Shown here in pieces: positions 28,962 through 37,900 of a DNA stretch of 64,000 nucleotides. The stretch spans positions 69,386 to 133,385 of the forward strand of contig JAZNSQ010000014.1 of assembly GCA_045591265.1 (NCBI GenBank). Reading direction: 5' to 3'. Source of the DNA: Clostridia bacterium (GTDB taxonomy: Bacteria; Bacillota; Clostridia; UMGS1883). Both the position numbers and the translations under genes were made by a program. A model generated the notes under the pieces. The model made no database searches. It saw nothing but the letters and a program-made list of their open reading frames with translations, and was not told the origin of the DNA. Every line of letters starts with the position of its first letter. The stretch's first letter is position 1.

Positions 28962-29897
28962 ATGAGCAAAAAGGATATAAGAAAAATCGAAGAATATGAG
29001 GTTACAAACAGCTTCAAAATTGCAAATAAAGAGCTTGTTATGGGTGAAGATATGAAGAATAAAGACGGTAATCACTATATGACTTGCTATGTTGGTAATA
29101 ATGGCTTTTTTGAATATTATGACGAAGCTGTTGTAAGTAATAATTACTTGGAAATTGTAGAAGAATTTGCAAACAGAGTAAAATCAGAGGTTTCAAGAGT
29201 TTCGGAGCTTATGAAAGCAGAAAATCAGCCGTTGAATCTCATTACTGCTGATATGTGTAGCAGAGATTGTTTTGCAGAAAATCTTGAAGATAAAATACTT
29301 GTTGTAAAAGCCGATGTACTTCTCCCCGAATACAGAACAGATACACACCAAATTATCAGATGTACAGGCGGTAACGGAGCAAATCCTAATGCTATGGGAA
29401 ACGCTGTATTTTGCTATCAGCCGTTTAATAAATCAGACCACCGTTTTGAAAGATACGAAATTCTCGGAGAATTAAAGCCGGAGTTTTACCCCGAATGGCT
29501 TGTAGATGTATTACAATGCGAACAGGCTATGAAAAATCCTAATACATTTCAATATGGCGAATATCATTTTTTGCCTGTCGGGAAATTACCTAAGAATGAG
29601 CCTATATATAGAACATCACAATATTGTCATTCTGATAAAAATATAAGAATGTGGACTGAATTATATGAGGGCGTTTACGGTAAGGCAAAGACGATTTATT
29701 CACATAAGGATTTTTATGAAGCATCGAGAAATTCAAAATGTGATGTTTTTAAGTGCCTTGAAAACAGAAAGCTCTACTTACCTGCTGAAAACGAATTGTT
29801 TGAATACACAGGTAAATTTATAGAACATAAAGAGCCGGAAAAAACAGCACAGCAACCTAAGAAGAAAAGCAAATCGCAAAAGGAGCGTGAGCGATAA
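28962..29897 (+). CDS. Multi-domain hypothetical protein, KERER tail
   Basis: Contains KADVLLPEYR..CTGGNGANPNAMGNAVFC module recalled from Firmicute conjugative elements. Confidence 0.8.
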   Translation: MSKKDIRKIEEYEVTNSFKIANKELVMGEDMKNKDGNHYMTCYVGNNGFFEYYDEAVVSNNYLEIVEEFANRVKSEVSRVSELMKAENQPLNLITADMCSRDCFAENLEDKILVVKADVLLPEYRTDTHQIIRCTGGNGANPNAMGNAVFCYQPFNKSDHRFERYEILGELKPEFYPEWLVDVLQCEQAMKNPNTFQYGEYHFLPVGKLPKNEPIYRTSQYCHSDKNIRMWTELYEGVYGKAKTIYSHKDFYEASRNSKCDVFKCLENRKLYLPAENELFEYTGKFIEHKEPEKTAQQPKKKSKSQKERER

Positions 29898-30436
29898 TGC
29901 AAAAAAATCATATTGTATGGTCGGATATGGACTTGGATTTTGAAAAGTGGAAAGATGACCTAATTGAGCAATATCCCGATGCTTCTGAGGACGAACTAAT
30001 CGCTAAGATGTATGAAATCAACAATGATTACTTAGATGATGAACGAATAAATCTTAATATCCAACTTCCGCAGAGTATTATCGTCATAGGCGATTTAGGT
30101 TTATGGAACGGCAGGGCAAACGGATATAAGATGATTGAAAGCGGTAATATCAGAGATTGTTTTCAATCTGAATGTGATATGAATGAATGGTATGTAGATA
30201 AAAACGGGGATTTCCGCTGTACAGCTATACATCACGATGGACGAAACTACTACCTCTATCGCACATTCAAAGACGGTGTTACAGAAAGTCAAATAGAAAG
30301 ATTACAAGAGAAAATCTATGAAGGAACTGCAACAAGACGAGATATAACAAGGGTAACAAGACGGCTCGGTGATGACATAGGAGCTGTCTATGGTTGGAAA
30401 TTCCCCCAAAGAACGCATAAGGAGGTTGAACGCTGA
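29897..30436 (+). CDS. Hypothetical protein, KEVER tail
   Basis: DLGLWNGR...IHHDGRNYYLYR. Confidence 0.8.
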   Translation: MQKNHIVWSDMDLDFEKWKDDLIEQYPDASEDELIAKMYEINNDYLDDERINLNIQLPQSIIVIGDLGLWNGRANGYKMIESGNIRDCFQSECDMNEWYVDKNGDFRCTAIHHDGRNYYLYRTFKDGVTESQIERLQEKIYEGTATRRDITRVTRRLGDDIGAVYGWKFPQRTHKEVER

Positions 30437-31470
30437 TGGATAATAAAGAAATACGCTTTATTGATAGCCGATATAACGAGCTTTTTCGTATTAAGGACGG
30501 CGAAAGCATAACAGTTACGCTTGCAGACGGAGCTAAAACAGATAGAAAATGCACATATCTTGATGACTACCACACGCAAATCGGATTTAATAAATTTCAT
30601 ATATGCGAGTTTGCTGAGATAATGGAGCGTGGTGGCAGTACATATCGCCCGAAAGATGTTCCGTCATATACACTTGAAAAAATAGACCAATCAGAGTTTG
30701 AATATATGTACAAACTTTCTGATGAATCTCAAAACAGAGGTTGTATCTGTTATATAAGAGGATATTTTGATAACTCCATTGATGAACGCTTACAGACAAC
30801 GGCTATGGTTGAAAATAAGGACAACTACAATAAATACAAGACACAAGATTTCAGTATTGAATGTGATAATATTATCAATTATTTACGCTTTCAATCGGAC
30901 ACCCCTGTTTTGCAAAGTAGAATTAAAATGCACAATGTCGCATACGACACCAAAGCGGAGCGTTTTGCAAATGACACGGAAATATCCGGCTATCGTATTA
31001 CAACAAAGGAAAACACATATTACCTACGCTGTGATGCAAGACGAGGACAATATAATTTTTATATGTACTGTTATAATACAAAGGCTCTTGATAAATTCAG
31101 AAACACTCAGTTTGTAGAACAGCATTATGATAAAACAAAGCGTGATGTTTTTCTGAAAACGGACGGCGGTGTTACGGAGATTTATTATAACCCCGATTCC
31201 AATGCCGGAGGACAGCTTGTATATATCGAAAACAGCAAAAACAATATTATCGAAGCTGCAAAAGTCGGTAAAACAGCAGAGGAATTTTTTTCACATCTTG
31301 AAGGTATCGGCAACGGATATTTAGTAGATATTGATACACCCGAATTTCGTAGGTGCTTTGAGGACTTTATGAGCTGCAAAGCAGATTTTGAGGGTTGTAA
31401 CAAAAAGACTATGAACGGCTTGAAAAAACACGCAGGAATTGAGCATAAAAAATCAGAGCCGGAAAGATAA
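30436..31470 (+). CDS. Multi-domain hypothetical protein, KSEPER tail
   Basis: IRFIDSRYNELFRIKDG..HICEFAE module; RGCICYIRG module; YYNPDSNAGGQLV module. Confidence 0.8.
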   Translation: MDNKEIRFIDSRYNELFRIKDGESITVTLADGAKTDRKCTYLDDYHTQIGFNKFHICEFAEIMERGGSTYRPKDVPSYTLEKIDQSEFEYMYKLSDESQNRGCICYIRGYFDNSIDERLQTTAMVENKDNYNKYKTQDFSIECDNIINYLRFQSDTPVLQSRIKMHNVAYDTKAERFANDTEISGYRITTKENTYYLRCDARRGQYNFYMYCYNTKALDKFRNTQFVEQHYDKTKRDVFLKTDGGVTEIYYNPDSNAGGQLVYIENSKNNIIEAAKVGKTAEEFFSHLEGIGNGYLVDIDTPEFRRCFEDFMSCKADFEGCNKKTMNGLKKHAGIEHKKSEPER

Positions 31471-31507
31471 GCGTTACACAAATTTATAATAAGGAGCGTG
31501 ATTATAT

Positions 31508-31882
31508 ATGGTAACTGCAAGTGTACGCTTTCTAACAAATAATCTTGTTGCCGATTTGACTTGTAAAAATGCAGATTTGAAAGCAAATTTAGAAAGTATT
31601 GGTATTCTTACCCCATTGAGTGTAATGCGGTTAGATAATGCACGACTTTTGCAAATAGAGCTTACTCCAAATGATGATGTCGGAGAGCTTATATGCGGAA
31701 TTGTAAACCCTAAAAGCGACACTTTGGGCGATGTTCAAAGATTTTGCAGACATATCCATTGTCTGAATGAACAACATAAGGAAACTATCATAAAGAAACT
31801 TGAAAACGGAGATATAAAATCCGTAAAACAAGGTATAAAAATATGCGACAAAATGCGTGAAGAAAAAAGTATGAGCAGATAA
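31508..31882 (+). CDS. Hypothetical protein
   Basis: SD AAGGAG; 124 aa; ends KSMSR. Confidence 0.7.
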   Translation: MVTASVRFLTNNLVADLTCKNADLKANLESIGILTPLSVMRLDNARLLQIELTPNDDVGELICGIVNPKSDTLGDVQRFCRHIHCLNEQHKETIIKKLENGDIKSVKQGIKICDKMREEKSMSR

Positions 31883-31903
31883 ATTTAATATGGAGGTGGT
31901 ACA

Positions 31904-34900
31904 ATGGCTTCTACTGTTAAAGCCATAACTGCTGTATCGCTTGAAACTATGGAAAGGCTGTCTAATTATGAAAATTGGACGGCTTTTTTAAGTTCAGCAG
32001 CTTGGCAATTCAAATATCCCTTTGCAGACCAAATCCTTATATACGCACAACGACCACACGCAACGGCTTGTGGAACTTTTGAATTTTGGCACGAAAACAA
32101 GAGTTGGTATCGTTGGATAAGAAAAGGTGTTGAGGGTATTGCACTTCTTCGTGAAACAAATAAAGGATATAAATTGGAATATGTATATGATGTTTCAGAT
32201 ACACGAAGTATGGACGGCAAAAGATTTTATCTATGGCAGTATGACAGCCGCTTGGAAGATGCTGTCATAGAAACACTTGAAAATACCTTTGGAGAATTAA
32301 CCGATAAAACTACTCTTGAAGATGCCATAATAAACGCTGCAAGGATAGCTGTTGAGGACAGCAAGGCTGATTACTTGGCAGAGCTGAAATATGCAAAGGA
32401 AAACAGCTTTTTAGAGGACTTGGACGAATTTAATATTGATGTAGAGTTCCAAAGAATAGCTGAAGCATCTGTTGCATTTATGATAATGCAACGATTAAAT
32501 CTGAAACCGCAAGAGATTTTTGAGCGTGAGGATTTTCAAGCTATTGCCGATTTCAATACACCCGAAGTCATAAATGTTTTGGGTAGTGCTGTAAGCAGTA
32601 TTGCAGAACAAGGCATAAGAGAAATATCCAAAACCGTTATTGCGGAAAAAAGAAAATTAAGAGAGCAAGCAAAATTTTTTGCAAAAGAAAATAATCCTGT
32701 ATATAATAATGATAAACAGGAAGACCTTAACGACAATGAAAATATGGAAAGGAATGATGAAAGTGTCAGCACAGATAACCTACACTCAGATAGGAGATTA
32801 CAAGTACCCGAACTTGACAGCTCCGACACACAACAAACCGATAGGCAAATACGGCAGACTTCGGAGAACATATCTGAAAGAGAATCGCCCCTGTCTGTAC
32901 TCGATGATGTTGATAAAGGGACAGATATTACAACATCTGTCGGAGATAGACGAACAAGCGAGAACACAGGTACAGGAATTGATAACAGCGATGGCACAGA
33001 GCAACGGAGTGAACGAGGAACTGAAAGCGAAAGACCCGATGAAATGGACGGGACTTATGAACAATCTTCGCCATTCAGCGGAGGAAATCGTGCTTCGGGA
33101 GTTGGTGTACAGCTAAGTTTTCTGCTCCCCACCGAAGAAGAACAAATAAATAGCCTTGAACAGCGAAAAGCAGAGCGAGATAATCGTTCTGCTTTTTCGC
33201 TTTCACAGGAAGAAATTGATGCTGTTTTACAAGAAGGTAGCGATTTTACACACGGCAAATATCGCATTTATGAGCTTTTTACAGGAATAAGCACATTAAA
33301 AGAACGAGCTGAATTTCTTAAAAAGGAATATGGACACGGCGGTAAAGGTTTTACTTTTGCAGATGGCACAAATGGATATGTAAGCTCTAACGGCAAAGGT
33401 ATTCACATTTCAAAATATAACGATATGCTTCACCCCGATATAATTCTGAATTGGGAAACAGTTGCAAAATACATAGGAAATCTTGTAGCTTATGACCGCT
33501 ACTTATCGCCGGAAGAAAAAGAAAAATATCCTGCATACAAGGAAATGATGGCAGAATATACAGAGCGTAAAGAAATAGCAGATGAAATGAGAGCCATAGT
33601 TCGTGAGTATGACGAAACAAAGGCTGAAAGTTCAGAAGCTATCAATAGGTATGCTTGTATAGGTGCGATAGGAAGATTTCAAGAGGATAGAATCTCCTTT
33701 CACGGAAGAAAAAAAGAGGGCGAAAGTGTTACGGCTATCATTATGGACGGCTTTAATACCATTATTAAAAATGAGCCGGAAAAATATTCAGAGCGTATCG
33801 GACTTGTAATTAAAAGAGCTATACCATACTTGGATATTCCTAATGTTGAAAAGCAGCAAGAGGAATATGACTTGTCTGCTGTTATCGAACAGGCTAAACA
33901 AATTCTTACCAAAGCGGAATATGTTGTTGATGATGAAATTATCAATTATGCAATCGACCATAAACTGAAAAATGACGGTGTTACAGCACCTAACGCAGAA
34001 CAAGTTGCAGAAGCCTATGAGCAAGTGCTGATTGATAATGAAAAAGACAACCTTTCTTCTCTTTCTTCCTACGACAGATACAAACATCTGAAAGAAGAAA
34101 ACCCCGACAGCGTTGTTATAGTGCAGCTTGGAGATTTCTATGAGTTCTATGGCAAAGATGCTGAAATAATTGCAGAGCTTAGAGATTTGCATATTACAGG
34201 CAAAGTTACTGCAAGCGGAGAGCGTGTTTCAATGTGCGGTGTTCCTGCACACGCATTAGAAGCAAATATTGAAGCATTACAGAACAACGGATATGCTGTT
34301 GTTGTAAACAGCATTGATACAGACACAGGCGAAATTACAATAAATCATTATGGCAGTAATGTACAGCAAGAAAAAGAGCCTACTATAAGAGAGATTTTTG
34401 ACGAATACGCTCCGCTTATTGTCAGCAAGGTTTTGAACGATGAAGCCTATGTCAATGCTTGCTATAATTCCGATGAACAAAATGCAAGACTTGAATGTGA
34501 TGAAGCTGTAAAGCGAGCTGTTATGAGCTTACCATTTGAAGAAAACGCATCACTTCATAAGCTGTATTATGATATGGCTGAATTTCATAGACGGCTTGAA
34601 TCACACGCATTTGAGAAAACTTATGAGCTTATCCTGTATGAAAAGGACTTACCTGTTTATGACCGTGAAACAGAAATTATCGGAGATATTCTGTCTGCTA
34701 TCGGAAGAAATGATGTGCAAATGGAATTTGACGATAACGGCATAGTTGGTGTTGCTCCCGATAAGAGAATGGCAGGACAAGAATTTTATCAATTCCTTAT
34801 CAATGAGGTTTTGTTGGATATTGGTGGACTAAATCTGTTCAAGCTCACAGACAAGAATTTGAACGATTTTAAGGATTTAATGTTTCATCACGGTATGGAA

Positions 34901-37900
34901 GATGCCTATAACAAGGCTATTGAAATACGCATACCAAAGGAAATCAGAGATATTGGGAAACCCCAAACTGCTCCCGAAAAACCACAAAGCAACACATACG
35001 AACATAGAAACTATGTTTTACTCAAAAAACTTGCTCCCGAAATACTAAGTAAAGAAAGCAGTTATATTCATTTTGTAGCCGGAAGTGCAATAATGCCCCT
35101 TACTGTTGAACACCTATCGGGAAATCGTATTGCTGTTTCTCATTATTACAAACAAGACGGTGATTCGATTGCAGACCCCGATATGGAGTTTGTTTTCGAT
35201 AATGAAAATGAAACCTTAACGGCGGTGTCGTTTCAACAAGGGAGCTTTTATCAGACAACCGAAACACCAAACGGAATAAATAAAACATTGGAGCGTGAGC
35301 TTAATTCTTTTGCTAATCAATGGTTTAGAAATAATGACAGCTACGGATTTGTAAAAGAAATTCAAAAAGTTAAATGGCAAGACGAAACAATAGAATTAAC
35401 CTTTAATAAGGACGGAGATATTACTTCTATTGTCGGTACACAAGAAACTGTTTCTGACTATGTTGAAACTCATAATTTAGACCTTGTACAGATTTCAACA
35501 GATACTTACGGTATTCTTGCCCCCTCTGCTCCCGAAGAAGAACAAACCGAAGAAATCTCCGAAGCTGAAGCTCACGACAAGCGTAATTTTCATATTGTCA
35601 ACGATAATATCGGACACGGTACAAAAGAAGAAAAATACGAAGCCAATGTTGCTGCTATCAGAACACTAAAACAGATTGAAAGCGAGAACAGATTAGCAAC
35701 ACCCGAAGAACAGGAAATCCTATCCGGCTATGTTGGTTGGGGCGGTTTGGATTCTTGCTTTGATGAAAACAACAAGCATTATGCAGAACTGAAAGAACTT
35801 CTGACCGAAGAAGAATATACATCTGCTAACGCAAGTGTATTGACAGCTTTTTACACACCGCCTGTTATAATGCGTTCAATGTATAAAGCATTGGATAATA
35901 TAGGATTTAAGACAGGAAACATTTTAGACCCCTCTTGTGGTACAGGACATTTTATGGGTACACTTCCCGACAGTATGCAAGACAGTAAAATGTACGGTGT
36001 TGAGCTTGACAGCATAAGCGGTAGAATTGCCCGACAGCTCTATCAGAAAAATAACATTGAGATACGAGGTTATGAGGACAGCACACTTCCTAACAGCTAT
36101 TTTGATGTTGCAATCGGTAATGTACCTTTTGGCGGTTATAAGGTATTTGACAGCGAATATAACAAGTACAATTTTCTCATACACGATTATTTTTTCGCTA
36201 AATCCATTGACAAAGTTCGCTCCGGCGGTGTTATAGCCTTTATAACTACTAACGGCATAGGTGGCGGTACAATGGATAAAGCTGATGACCGTGTACGAAG
36301 ATATATAGCCGAGCGTTGCGACCTTATCGGAGCTGTACGCTTACCGATAAATGCCTTTTCAGAAAATGCAGGAACAAAAACCAATACAGACATTGTTTTT
36401 CTTCAAAAATTGGACTATATCCGAAATCTTGAAGAAGATGCTCCCGATTGGATTGATACAGATGTATTCTATGAAAATGACTACACGGACAACGAGGGTA
36501 ACACAACGCACAATATTCTGACTATCAATAAATACTTCACACAGCACCCCGAAATGGTACTTGGAAATCTTGAAGTTATCTCCGGCCCATACGGTCCGCA
36601 GCTTGTTTGTCAACCGAACAATGACACAAGCCTTGCGGAACAGCTTGGGCGAGCTATCGAAAACCTTGAAGCAGAAATACCCGAATATGATATTGAAAGC
36701 AGTTCAGATTATGAGGTTACATCTATTCCTGCTGACCCCGATGTTAAAAATTTCAGTTATACATTGGTTGAGGGTGAAATTTACTTCCGTGAAAATGGCT
36801 TAATGCACAAGGTTGAGGTAAACAGAACAGCAGCAAGTCGTATTAAAGGATTGATTGAACTTCGTGATTGTACATATAAGCTGATAGATTTACAGCTACA
36901 CGATGCAACTAACGAATCAATCACAGAACAGCAAGCGGAGCTTAACAAGCTGTACGATGCGTATGTGCAAAAATATGACCGTATCAATTCAAGAGGAAAC
37001 GAAATGGCATTTTCTGATGACGGTAGTTATTATCTTCTATGTTCTTTGGAAGTGCTTGATAACAAAGGTAATTTTGAGCGTAAAGCTGATATGTTCACTA
37101 AAAGAACAATTAAAAATTATACCCCTGTTCAATCGGTGGAAACGGCTGTTGAAGCATTAGAGGTGTCTATATCAGAAAGAGCTTTAGTTGATATGGGATT
37201 TATGTCGAGCTTATCCGGCAAAACCTTTGACGAGCTTGAAGAAGATTTGCAAGGTATTATTTTCAGAGATATAAAATGCCCTACAAATGTTGAGGAATTT
37301 GTTGGCGATGATGAAATGCTGCACAAATACCTTTTTGTTACGGCAGACGAATATCTTTCGGGCGATGTAAGACTAAAGCTGAAAATGGCTGAAGCTATGC
37401 GAGAAGCACAACCCGACCATAAAAAGCATTTGGTTGATGCCAACATCGCCGCATTGAAAGAGGTGCAACCGAAAGACCTTGAAGCAAGCGAAATTGCCGT
37501 GCGTTTGGGAACACATTGGATTCCGACAGAGGTTTACAGGCAGTTTATATTTGATTTGCTTGAAACTCCCGAACAATATCAAGATGACATAGATGTTCTG
37601 TATTCTGACATTACAGGCGATTGGAATGTAACAGGAAAAAGTGCTGACAGGAGCGATAATGTAAGAGCAAATGTTACCTATGGAACAAGTCGAGTAAATG
37701 CTTATTGGCTGATTCAAGATTGTTTGAGGTTTAAGAACAGCAAGGTTTATGACAAAGACAGAAACGGAAAACCCATAATAAACGAAACCGAAACGGCTGC
37801 AGCACAGGAACGGCAGGAACTTATCCGTGAAGCCTTTAAGGATTGGATATGGAAAGACCCCGACAGACGAGAAATGCTGACAAAGTTCTATAACGAAACA

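Noticed and set aside
31508-31882. ArdA anti-restriction assignment for the 124-aa ORF
   Set aside because: Only a vague resemblance; no acidic DNA-mimic composition or diagnostic motif
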